NCBI GenBank assembly: GCA_043228905.1
Contig: JBHGNT010000010.1
Location: 20,274,001-20,338,000 of the forward strand
From: Azolla caroliniana
Taxonomy: Eukaryota; Plantae; Polypodiophyta
Direction: 5' to 3'
DNA: 64,000 nucleotides
The position numbers and the translations under genes were made by a program. Positions 12,280 to 24,152 of this stretch are shown piece after piece. The notes beneath the pieces were generated by a model. The model searched no databases and had not been told where the DNA came from. It saw only the letters and a list, made by a program, of their open reading frames with translations. Position 1 is the stretch's first letter, and each line of letters opens with the position of its first letter.

Positions 12280-14227
12280 TTCCCCCCCCCACACACACAA
12301 AAAAAAACTCCTTCCATTAGTTATAAAATTTTACAGATGAGAGTGTTATATACAAATCCTTGTGGGGACGCGATAGTTCCATCATATGTGGATGCCCACT
12401 GACTCAAGAAAAGGAGAGGACGACCATTATTGGATGAAGACTAGTTGTTGTCTTTCAACTCCGTCAGGTTCGCATATGAGGCCATCATATTGACTATTTA
12501 GAGTGGCTACAACTTCACTCTATATCTTTTGTATAAACATTACTTGATGCACGATTTGGTTGGAGAAGACTTGTCTACACCGTAGTTTCTAATGAATCCA
12601 AAAAGTTATTGGGTTGACCAATTCCAACACAACTTGAGCTTTGGCATTAATAGGAATTGCACGGATATTGTTAATGGTGGAAATAGAAATCTGTTGTGCT
12701 TTTATCACCAAAGTCAAACCCTCCTCTTGATGTTCGTACCTGTCAATTGGGGATAACCAACATACATTTCCTCACTCGATTGTGCCTTGAACCTAACATA
12801 ATTGCAATAGGCGGCCAACCCCTCGCCATATTCGATGGGTCTCTAGGCAGTCCCACAAAGCATGTTAGATTGATTCTGTTGCATTTAGGCACGTTGCACA
12901 AGTAGGACTAAGTAGGAGAGCTAAGGTTCCCACGTTGCCACACTATTAATAGCAATTGGAACGTGGTAATTCACCTAGCATGTTGTTTCTAGATTTTCTG
13001 CCAAAACTTGCTGATAATTGTATGAGGAACATGATATGTGTGCCATATCTTTGTAGCAACTAGCTCTCAGGCGATTTGAGTGGTTATAATGTGGCGACTC
13101 AATCTAGTCGTGAATTGGAAGAAAGGGATGACTTTGCTTCCTTGACCCACATAAGGATCACATCACGTCCATTGAAAAGGGTCCCAACTAACTTTACATA
13201 GCCGTGTGTTTTTATGAGTACATATGTGCCATTCTAGGTGTACTTTGATTGGATTGGGATCTACAATCCATTTATGACCAGTATATGTGAGTATTCGAAT
13301 TGTCATATTCAATGTTGGTGTCTCACTGTCTCGCAATTCATGGCCTTCGATCCTGTTCAGTGTTTCCCTACCGCTTGGGATCAAAGAGCCTTCCTCGTTG
13401 TAGCCTATCCACTTCTCCATTGTCGTCCTTTGATTAGCAACTTCCCTAAGCAATAGATCGTTGATCATTTCAGATCTCATAGACTTCCATTTGTCATTGA
13501 TTCGATGGAGTTTGTTGGCTTGATCTTGTAAACTGGCAATGACATAAACCATCTCCAACATTCTATACTCTTTCTTGGACCTTCTGCAATGCATCCCCAT
13601 GACAACCCCTTACTTGATCCAAATTGTTGACCAAATTCATCTCTAATACATGGGTTCCATAGGATGTGACTGAGCTAGGCAAGTTTGGAGTTTGATTGAT
13701 CACACTTGAGCCATCGTCTTATGTCACACCACACCTTCCACATGGATGCATTGAATCTATTCTGCAATTGGTGCGGAAAAATTGGTTTGAGATCCATGTT
13801 TAGAATCCATCCCGTCTAGGGGGCTCAATTGGTCCCTTTTGTGGCTTAAAGTAAGCGAAGCGTAACCGTAATAACATTTTCCATAGTCATCCCCTGGTTG
13901 GAGTCCTTGCACCACTAATTTAGCGAGTAGGGCTTTGGATTGTGAGAGGGGATCAATCAGACCCAACCCTCCTCTCGATTTAGGTGATGTGAGTATAGGC
14001 CATGCCACCTTGGCCCGAGCTGCATGATATTCCGTACTAGACCAAATGTAGTTGTGTATTAGTCATTGAATTTGATGCATACTTTCCTTGGAGATTGTCG
14101 AACATGATAGGTTGTACCATGCCGTTGTGAGTAATACTTGGTTTGTCACTATGATGTGACCTGCTAGCGAGAGTTTTTTTGAGCTCCAATGTATCAACTT
14201 TTGTCGAATGGAGTGAATAACTGGTGC
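12280..14227 (-). mobile_element. 5'-truncated, decayed L1-like LINE (C-terminal part of ORF2) with 15-bp TSD
   Basis: The minus-strand fragment WPILTSPKSRGGLGLIDPLSQSKALLAKLVV is the typical plant LINE post-RT motif (W..L..PK..GGLG). The frame is broken by stops and frameshifts. An identical direct repeat AAGGGTGATAATATC lies at 12265-12279 and 14228-14242. Confidence 0.85.
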
Positions 14228-14242
14228 AAGGGTGATAATATC

Positions 14243-15000
14243 ATGCTCCTATGTTTTTGGACAAGGGGAAAATATAAGTCCCTAGAATGGAGTAGCGACA
14301 AATGAATTATTTGATTGGGTGATCCAAGTGTGAGCATATACGTGTAAGTGTTAATGCTCACTCTCTTGACTTGGGCCTAATGTGATCTACCCTCTCTAGA
14401 ATTCTCTAGGCATCATTCTCAATTCAACATCGTGGCTCATTTGTGGGGTAGGGGTTCATTGGCTAACTCTGAATGCCACGGGATTAGGTTGTTTGGTTGC
14501 TAACATTCGGTCACATCATGCAAGTTTACCAATATTGGTGGTCCACTTGAGTGTAGTTATAATCCAATTTTCTATGGATTGTATGTTCTTTCCATTTGTT
14601 GGTGATGTGTTCACAAGGTGTGTCACAAAGTTTGCTTGATTCATGACCATGGAGTGGGGCATATCCACATTCTATCTCTTCAATCATTCTCTTAGAAGAG
14701 AGTGTTAAATTATGTTTGTTGTATTCGCTAGAGAGCACCAATCTTGGATTGGTACCTTGTAGGTGGTGTGCCTCCCAAGTCTTCTACTTTGGTTGTGTTC
14801 ATGTATATTCACTCATACACCTAATCACCAACTTTGGTATAAGTTTTCTTGAGTCGAAGGTGATGAGTTGGAAAAATTTGTGCACATTTTCAAACCTTTA
14901 TATTTAAAAGGGGATTCAAGATGTGAATAGCTTGGAATGCACTCATTATAACATATGTCCAGCATGGACAAGGCCACAAAACACTCGATTCATTTGAACA
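14243..15000 (-). mobile_element. Possible heavily decayed LTR-retrotransposon remnant (integrase-like)
   Basis: The minus-strand fragment KWKEHTIHRKLDYNYTQ and a nearby GYAP weakly resemble the Ty3/gypsy integrase C-terminal W....P..EFAYN...SPF...YG..P region. No intact ORF. Confidence 0.3.
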
Positions 15001-15872
15001 AATGCAAAGCATGGGCATTTCTCTGATTTAGATAATGGTATGGCATCATTGTAATTTCTTTGCCTATAAAGATTGGCGAGGGTTTTTTTTCATATTTATC
15101 TTACCTAGAAAGACTAGCTAGAGTCATTCGGCATGGCTTTACAATATTCGACGTAATATTAGACTATTTTGTACATGGCCTCTAGCCACTTCCATTTTAA
15201 TACCAATGGAGGATATTTTTTCAGGAAAAAAAAGAAAAAGAAAAAAAGGGGGGGATTTACTTCCCAAACTTTGATATCAAGTTTAGTGAGAAGTTTATTT
15301 CCCACACTTCTACATGTTGGATCTCTCTCCAAAAGTAAGGAAATCAAGGGGTTTTAAGTGTTGGTCAAGTCTCCATGGAGAGATTGATGTACAAGCCAAT
15401 CATTTGAACATATAAAAACCTTCGCTTCCAACTTGCTTGAGAATGCAATCTTTCAATTATCAAAACGTGTCTAAAATAAAAGGATACATGCATACATACA
15501 TGATGCCATCACAACATCCAAAAGATAAGCTAAGAGTTATTCTTTTCTATATAAATCTCTTCTAAAGAAACTTGTTCATGTGGTTTTCCTCATTGTTTGG
15601 TGTATAAGGTCTTGGGCTCAAATCTCTCTTTCCTATGTTACCTGATTACCCAAATTCATTTAGAACCTCATCCATTTAGTCAAATGCATGAGAGTTAGGA
15701 CCTAGCAAAGTGGAATGTCCAATGCGGCTAAGGAACAAAATGTACCATTCCTTACTCATTCATAAATGGTGGGGTTATGTGATGTGAGCACCCAACCGAA
15801 TATTGCCTTCGTAGTGGGGATGGTTAGCATATTTATGACAAATCTAGGTAAGAAGCACTATGAAAGGCATTA

Positions 15873-16232
15873 TGTAATACTCTAGGATGGTTGGGCCATC
15901 AAAGAGGATGTTATGACATTAGTCAAGTACGCAATGGGCCATATAAATGTCTTTTTTGTAATATGATGAGCACCTAGGACAAAGGTCATAGTCCACCTCA
16001 TAAAGTAAAGGATTTAGTAGAGATTTGAATAAACATAATATGTTGACATGTTAAAGGGAAGAATAAAGTGAAATGGAGTATGGCCGGACAAAGTGGGTGA
16101 TGGAAACATGATCCTACTCAATCACCCACCTCTATAAAAGCAAGTGCAATGTGGGCGATCATAATCGAGAGAGTATTTATAATAGTATACTTGGAGCTTG
16201 TAATCTAATTAGGAGAGGAAAGAGGCATTACA
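15873..16232 (+). mobile_element. Candidate solo LTR (about 360 bp)
   Basis: Termini TGTAAT...ATTACA form an inverted repeat, with an internal TATAAAAG at about 16133. The flanks catta/ccata match at only 3 of 5 positions. Confidence 0.35.
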
Positions 16233-16794
16233 CCATATTATAATAAGTTAAATTCCAAAAGCTCAAATTCTCTTGATCCTCTAGAGCTTGTGGATTTGAT
16301 TGTATTTATTGGACTCATGGAGGATGTTATATGTGATGAGAGCTGAAAAGGGTTACCTCTAGTTGTGGCATTGAGGAGAGGACAACAAAATTTAGATGAA
16401 CCCCGTTTTTTCATATACAATAATTTAAAACAATGCTATACGTAGATACGTCATATTCCCAATTAATGAACTTATTTGGGTTATCATGTTGCAACTTTAG
16501 GTATCATTAACACGGAAAATGTTAAATTGGGGTATGAGAAATCGATGTTTGTTTGATGGTCTTCATGGAATACCACAATGATGCATAGGTTGAAAGGAAA
16601 ATTGATTTGGCACTTCTCGTAGCTAAACTCTTCAAACACCTTGTCCTTAGAAGAGTTACATTTATGTCACATACTACATAGGCTAAGGCACTTTGAGGGT
16701 TTACTTGGCTAGAAGATCCTCATTATTGTGGTAAGGACACCATGGGTTTTTTACATTATTTTAAAAAGAAATGACATATGGTGTAGCAAATATA

Positions 16795-16862
16795 CATGGA
16801 AATGAGGATTTGAATCCACAACCATGTGTTGTTAACCCAAATAACTTACTACCAAAGTAGGC
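16795..16862 (-). mobile_element. tRNA-derived SINE-like remnant
   Basis: The minus strand has a TGGTAG A-box-like motif followed by GGTTGTGGATTCAAATCCTCAT (B-box-like). The same motif recurs at 35686-35712 (ggttgtgggttcaaatctcatgccatg). No cloverleaf can be drawn. Confidence 0.4.
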
Positions 16863-19223
16863 CCATTATGCAAAAACAACAAAAAAGAAAAGAGAGCATC
16901 CCTATAAAACATAATGTTTACATTAGTCCGCCAAACAATTGTTTTCAATATATTAGTTATCAATGATCATTTAAGGCAAGAAAGGAAGAACATATCTAGA
17001 TACGATGGTACCCTTTCGGTATTGTTTTAAACGATATTATTTTTACGGGAATATTGTTTTACTCGGAACATAAACATGTTTACTAATGAACACATGGCAC
17101 TTATTTAATAAGAAACATTTTAACCAATACTTTTGATTCATTATTGAACATTGAGTAAAATGTCGGATTGTGTCAACATATGAAAATTAACCTATACAAA
17201 AAAGGTTCTAGTGGTTTTATTTTTGTACTTTACCAAGTGAAGTGATATCACTTGGAAATTTCTAGAAACTTTGCTCACTTTGAATGCAAGTGAGGTGCCA
17301 ACATTGAGATTAGTGTGATGTCTTATGGTGTTCCTATTGTTGTCGTATTCCACCTACCTTCCTTAGCTTTTAGTTGGCATCACAAGGGTACACACCAATA
17401 ATTTATGAGGGTAATAATATTGTCGGTGTCAATCATGTGATGTGAAATGTAGTATATATATATACCATTTCATAACTGGGCGATAATTTAACACAAAGAA
17501 GCAACATATGGATGAATTTGAGTGTTAACATTTGAGCTTGATTGGTTTTGGACGAATTGAATTTAAAAATAAGATCTTAATTTAGTGTAGGTCATATGTC
17601 ACGTGTCACAAGCATTTGATACAACCATATTCTATCATTGGTGATCTTTTAAAAGGTAGGTTCACATTTTGATTATTATTTTTCAGTATTGTTGTCAATG
17701 TTTTATTGTGTTTTGGAGTTTTGTCATTTTGCAAGTTAGTGGTATCAACCTTTCATTTCCAATTAAAATGGATCTGCGTTAGGATCGTGTCATCTGCATA
17801 TCCATTGTGATAGATGGTGTTGTCTGCTTATCGATTGATCTCAATTGCTATATATCACTATGACCTCCTTACATAATCATGTATCTTGAGATACCTTTCT
17901 TCTATGTGTTTCTCTATCCTTCTCAAAGTCTCATACATACGATAGTTGTATAAGGACAACTTTTGTTACTTTTAGGTATGTTCCACGTTGCTCTCCATAT
18001 TGACATTGTTGTACTTTGAAGGAGAAAAGGTATACTCCATTGTAGATGATTGTAGATGTCCCTTTTGTGTAACAAGAAATTCAGAAATTTTGTTTTAAAT
18101 GTAAACACTTTTTTGTAATTAAAAAGAAATCATTTGTCATCAAGGCATCAATGGTTTAGGGTTTTTTTGGGAACATTTTCTACAAATACTTGTCTAGGAT
18201 TGATATGTCCACATATTAAGATATAACTAGAAATGACTTCTAGCAACTAGAAAGAATTTTATTAAATGCGATGGACCACAAGGTCATCAATTGGCATACA
18301 GAGGAAACATAAATTTCCATGGTTCTATGGGCACATGAATGGTTATGGAATGAAATAATAAATCTTTTTATATTTCGTATGTATACATCATAGCATATTG
18401 TAGTTAATGACTTCTTTGAGTAGCATTCTAGTTTGTGGGAATTTCTACCTAGCTTATGGCTTTACCTTCTTGTGTATAGTGTGGTTTGTGTTGGGGTCAA
18501 TTCTCGAACCGTCATCTTTCTATGTCAAACTTCTATATGATCCCTTTATGCTTTTCATTGTGCACCTATCTATTTGACATATAGATTTAATGTGCTTTGA
18601 GGTTCTTTTGCAATGAAGTTTTGTAAAGAAACTATAGGCCTTTATTCATCATCTTACCAACAATATTATTATCACAATATGTTTCTTATGCACTTGAATG
18701 AAGATAAGATTCGATACATTTTCATTTTTTTGGATATGTCATTATGTTTCTCTTGCATTGAAGAAACAAATACGACTAACATAAAAGAAGGTTAAAGGGG
18801 GTAAATTATCATTTCAAATCCTTACCTTAGATTCTTTAAGTGATATGCATTTGCAAAGGTTCTTAAAGTGTGTCATCATAGGTTGATGCAAATATGCCAT
18901 AGTATATCACAAAGACATTAATATGAAGGATGAACATTGAAATTGATTTATTACCTTGTCAATTTCTTGTCTTAGACATCTCACTTTTTTACAATCGCCA
19001 ATTGAGGCCATGCACGCTTTGATGAATATTAGATTTACAACTAGAACCTATTGTTTTCAAATGGGACATATATACACCACTTACTTTGAGGATGGCAGCA
19101 CACTACTACATCAACATTAAACCTTGTTATTTGTTGATTTTGAGTATGCTTGTTTGCTAATATTAGCACAATTTAGGGCATTGTTCAAGCCTTTTAAAAA
19201 CATTAGATATATATATAGTTTAC

Positions 19224-22200
19224 TTAGTATGGCTTATAACCCTTGAGCATGTCACTATGCCCTCCATCCTCCTTGTAATAAGACTTATACCATTTCACGA
19301 ACGTGTGCAAGCCAACACTCAAATCGGTAGTTGGATTATACCTATAAAAGAATATCATAAGCATGGTATATTATTAGTCTTTTGAATATTGAAAAAACCC
19401 ATTTGAGCTATGCACATTGATAAATCCATAAATATGGCATTAGTAAATACATCTCAACCACAGATTTATGGTTAAACGAAATAAAAGTTAAACAAATACC
19501 CTAGATCAACTTTGGCCCTCGTAACATTTGCATGTGTGAACATAACATCCCCCGTGCTAGGCATTGGAATGATTCTACACAAGGAACACGGACATTAGAA
19601 TGCAATATGTGATGTTAAATTCTATATTCTAATAGTTTATGTGTAGTAAATTGAAAGCAAAAAGTTAATCATTGATGCAAAAACAGGAATGATTCATACT
19701 TTCGAATGGCTTTCTTCTTTAGGTGCTTCTCGAGGATGGTAACAAAGTCACCAACCTTTACAGGTTGGGTGTTCCCCAGATTGTAGATGCGAAATTGGGC
19801 CTTCTTATGCTTCTTACCTCCGCTTCCTGTGCTAGGCAATGATGTGTCTAGAGATGCAACACATCCTTTCACAATGTCATCAATAAAAGTGAAATCTCTG
19901 GCTAACTCCTCCCCATGTGGTCCTTGAAATATTGTGATCGGCTTCATAAATGCATATACATTATTATTAGGGTTCACCATCGAGATGAAATCTAATAAAT
20001 AAGTTTGTGTTGTTACATTTACCTTGTTCTCGACAATGTTTCTAGTGAAAGAAAAGTATGCCATATCTGGCCTCCCCCATGGCCCATAAACAGTAAAGAA
20101 TCTGTAATTATAAAAAAAATGTCATGATATGTCAAAACCGACAAAAATCTCCAAACACACTTAAATCCAAATAATTAAGATATTATTGAAAATTTCACGA
20201 TAATGTGGGACATCGAAAGTCTGTAATAAAGATATATAAAGTCAATGATTTCACATTGAAGCAAATGCTTTTCCTCAACAAAATAAAGTACTTTACCTTA
20301 ATGCAGTAATTGACAACCCATAAATGTGATTGTATGTGTGAGCCAAGACCTCGTCAGCTTTCTACAGTCAGAAATATGAACTAACCCTTAAATTTGATTG
20401 GAAAAATAGTGCTCAATGATCATATACAAAATTTGGGATGAATGTCGACTTCTTTTATGATTTTTCTTTAGTGATTGAGTGATGTATAAAGGTTATTCTT
20501 TGTAAAAGGTAAGTGACTACCTTTGTCGCTGCATACAAGCTTGCTGGATGATCTGTCCTGTCATCTTCTGAGAATGGAACCTAGTATCGAATTGTAAACC
20601 AAGATAAGTTACCAAACGATTTACACTCGAACTTGTACATTGAAAAAATATATTTCCGCGACAAACTAACCTTGGAATTTAGTCCATATACACTACTAGA
20701 AGATGCGTATACAATTGCGGGTTGAGGGTTTGTGTTCTGCATTACAACATTGCATATTGCAACTCTTACAAAAGGTACAATTTATGTACTCCCTTGTATA
20801 ATACCAACTCTACCACAATGACGTAAAACTTCACAAAAAGTTACCTTGCATTGCTCTAATAAAGTGACAAAACCACCAACATTGCTATGGACATATGCAA
20901 GGGGATTCTTCACCGCATATCGAACTCCAGCCTATTTTAATATGAGTTTCAATTATGTACTCTACACATGTGCGAAAAATGCCATATAAATTATGAAATG
21001 AGAACTTACTTGTGCAGCCAAATGGAGAACATGTGTGAAATGCACTAACTCGAATAGTCTCGCAAGCAGAAGTTGGTCATTTAAATCTCCCTCAACAATA
21101 AAACTACAAAAGTGGGGAAATTTCGCCTTTAAGTAATGGGTCATTAAATTTGAGTTCTTTTATAGCATCACATTTTTCTAGGGTTGTTGGGACAAGTACA
21201 CAAACACGATAATGCATGCCTTGGTTTTTATACTCATTGTCATAACATTTAATAAGTCAAGATATAGTAGGATTCATAAGTTAGAGCTATGGGTGTCCTA
21301 TGTTGCTTCTAAGATTCAATGTGGAAGCCTCTTAAAAATTATCTAGGTGTGTTATCATTGCTTCTATTCATCGACATATTCATGTGTAATGGTTGGTGTG
21401 AGATGCATGTTTGTGCGCATACTTCTAGCAATCCTCCTTTTACAAATTCTCAAGCCTTGTGTGGTGGACTTACATTCCGTTTACTTCAAGGTTGGAGGCT
21501 CGGGCCCGCTTAAGGGCAACAGGATAGTAGTCATTAAAGTTGTCCAGTCCAACAACTCCATCGCCTCGTTTCTTCAGGGCGAGGCTCACATGTGAACCCA
21601 CAAATCCGGCTGCCCCCGTCACTAATACCACCATTTGCCCCCCTTCCTGCACACCATGCAATTTCATTTGTTTAACAATTTGACCTTCCATGATTTGTCC
21701 GCAGGATCTAGATGAGTGGGGCCATATGAATGTGCTTGCCAATGCTATACTGCCCCCCCTTGAGACGAACCACACGAAATAGTGTGGGATGCAAATTTAT
21801 GTCTTTTGGGTCTGGATAAGTTGGCCAAATAATACCAATGCCATTGTCAATGTTTGTGCCCCCTTGAGACAAACCATAGGAAATAGTGTGGGGTGCAAAT
21901 TTATGCCTTTTGGGTCCTTATAAGTTGGCCAAATACCAATACCAATCCCAATCCCAATGTTTGTGCCCCATGACAAGAAAGAAGCCTAAGATTTGATTAA
22001 AGCCCCTATAAGGTGAGCCAAAAAAGAGGAAACCCTAACTATATCTAGAGACATATGTACATATATCATGTTTAGAAATGATAAGAGATACATAAATGAA
22101 AGAGGAAAACAACAGCCACTTCAATTTAGTTGCAAGTTTGCTCTTACTTAATTGCTTAATTACTTTAAATAAATTGTTTAGATATAATTGTTGGCTTGGT

Positions 22201-23566
22201 AATGGAAAGATCTTAATGGAATGAAATGACCTGTTTTTGGGCTGATTTGAGGAGGGTTTTCTCCCAGGCAGGATCAGAGTAAGGGGAAGAGGGGCTCCAT
22301 AGCGACATGTATTTCCAACCTCTGCCCATAAGAAGCCATTCAAATCTCCATTAAACTTAACTTCAATTCAGATTAATTTAACGGAAATTTGGAGTAATAA
22401 ACCTAATTTACTTTGATGGAGTTTTGATTTAGTTGAGTAGAGTTGGATTTAAGAATTGAAATTTAAACATTCTCCATTAGATTTTTAATTTAGATAATTT
22501 CACTGTTGAATTAGATTATCCATCTATATTTGTACTCAAAGTAAGATCCAAATAATCCAATTCCAATAAACTAGAGAAAATCTTGGTAAAATTAAAATTG
22601 AATGCTAATAATAGCTCATATATTTTATATTGGGCGAATTTGAGCAATGACTAAGAACTCATATACATAGATTGCATAGGGCAGATTTAATCAATGGTTT
22701 ATAGACTCATCTATAAATGCAATGCATCGGGCGACTTTGATCATATGGATATTATTATGATGGCTAATATATAAAATATTGGGAAGAGTTGATCAATCCT
22801 TAATAACTCATGTTATGATTAATTAATTAATTAATTAATTAACCCCAATGAGATCGATCCAATATCGGATAAACCTCTAATTATGTAGAGGTGAATAAGA
22901 TAATCCCATAATCAAGGATTGAATGAATTGATTATGTGAGGATTAGTTTAATTTTGTAGAATCTCTACATTAAGTATATGAATGTATGCAATTAAAAATG
23001 CATTAAGAGATAATTTGCATGAGTGCATTGCTGCATATGCATCACTCATATATGTAATGGAAATGCGAATTAGGGATCAAAACCACGACGAAAGCACAAT
23101 CGAACACAAACCATATAGTGACCATTCACACATTGAATGACAAGTTTAATCATGAGTTTGGTTTGGGGGTCTTCCAATGGCTTTCAAATAAGTGTAAAGA
23201 AATCCAACATAATTTCAAAATGATGTGTGCCCATATGTATGTATGTATGTATGTACCATTCATGATCAAGAGTATGTATGTATGTATGTATGTATGTACC
23301 ATTCATGATCAAGAGTATGTATGTATGTATGTATGTACCATTCATGATTGAGAGTATGTATGTATGTATGTATGTATGTATGTACCATACATGATCAAGA
23401 GGAAGATGAAGAAGCAAAGGGATTTGAGGCATCCGAGTTGTCGGGAGGCGGAGCGGGAGAAGAGGTGGCCGGGGCTGGGGCCGGTACACGCAGATCGGCC
23501 CTTGTACTCCGAGTCATTGAGTAGTTTCACAAGTTGTGGAGGGATAGCCTTGGAGGAGGTAGCCAT
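19224..23566 (-). CDS. GAE: UDP-D-glucuronate 4-epimerase (extended SDR, type II Golgi membrane protein), 12 coding exons, about 463 aa
   Basis: Exons 23566-23386, 22321-22231, 21707-21474, 21103-21010, 20931-20845, 20736-20671, 20580-20521, 20361-20297, 20101-20023, 19941-19700, 19574-19500 and 19341-19224 (TAA); 1392 nt, all GT-AG and in phase. Motifs: VLVTGAAGFVGSHVSLAL, HLAAQAGVRYA, ASSSSVYG, catalytic YAATK, RFFTVYGPWGRPDMAYF, ARDFTFIDDIVKG. The hydrophobic anchor CLKSLCFFIFLLIMY is in exon 1. Exons 3-12 are firm; exons 1-2 are inferred from phase and the transmembrane segment. Confidence 0.9.
21752..21968. repeat. 104-bp tandem duplication in GAE intron 2
   Basis: ccccttgagac...gaaatagtgtggg.tgcaaatttatg.cttttgggtc...ataagttggccaaata...aatgtttgtgcccc occurs twice (ttgagac at 21760 and 21864). 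Confidence 0.9.
23235..23400. repeat. Tandem copies of the GAE exon-1 end and donor site separated by (TACA)n
   Basis: The minus-strand unit TC(TTG/TCA)ATCATG(A/T)ATG|GTACATACATAC... occurs four times. Confidence 0.85.
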
Positions 23567-24009
23567 TAGCAACTCAGCTAATTAGTATTAGCAAAATGAA
23601 ATGCACTATACCCACACAATATGTATGTATGTATGTATTGTATGGATTAGAGTGTTTTTGTGTAGAGGGATGGGATTTTCATGTAGGATTTGGTGGGTGA
23701 AGAAGACGAAGAATGGGATCAAAAGCCGGTATGTGACACGATTAGTTTTGTCGGAACTTGTGTCGGACATCAGCAATTGCATAGAAGCCAATTATGCACC
23801 CCATTATTATATTAGCTTAGTTAGGATTCCTCTTCTAAATTATGCTACTAAAACTCCCTAAGTCCGCTCTTCCATCCTCCCACTATGTCTTCACTACCTT
23901 CTTCTTCTTCTTCTTCTTCTTCTTCACTACCTTCTTCACACTACTTATTCATTATTTCTAGCACCCTTTTCCACACAACACATACACACCACCCCTCCTA
24001 CCAAGGAAC

Positions 24010-24068
24010 CATATATATATACATATACATATACATATATGATATATATACATATACATATACATATA

Positions 24069-24147
<79 letters not shown>

Positions 24148-24152
24148 TGTAT
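24010..24152. repeat. Compound (TA)n/(TACATA)n/(TATG)n microsatellite
   Basis: Seen directly, upstream of the GAE start codon and probably inside a 5'-UTR intron. Confidence 0.95.

Noticed and set aside
21708-21775. ORF-track N-terminus MWFVSRGG... as the GAE start
   Set aside because: It starts at GTG with an in-frame stop just upstream and overlaps an intronic tandem repeat. The acceptor before 21707 joins in phase to upstream exons that supply the transmembrane anchor.
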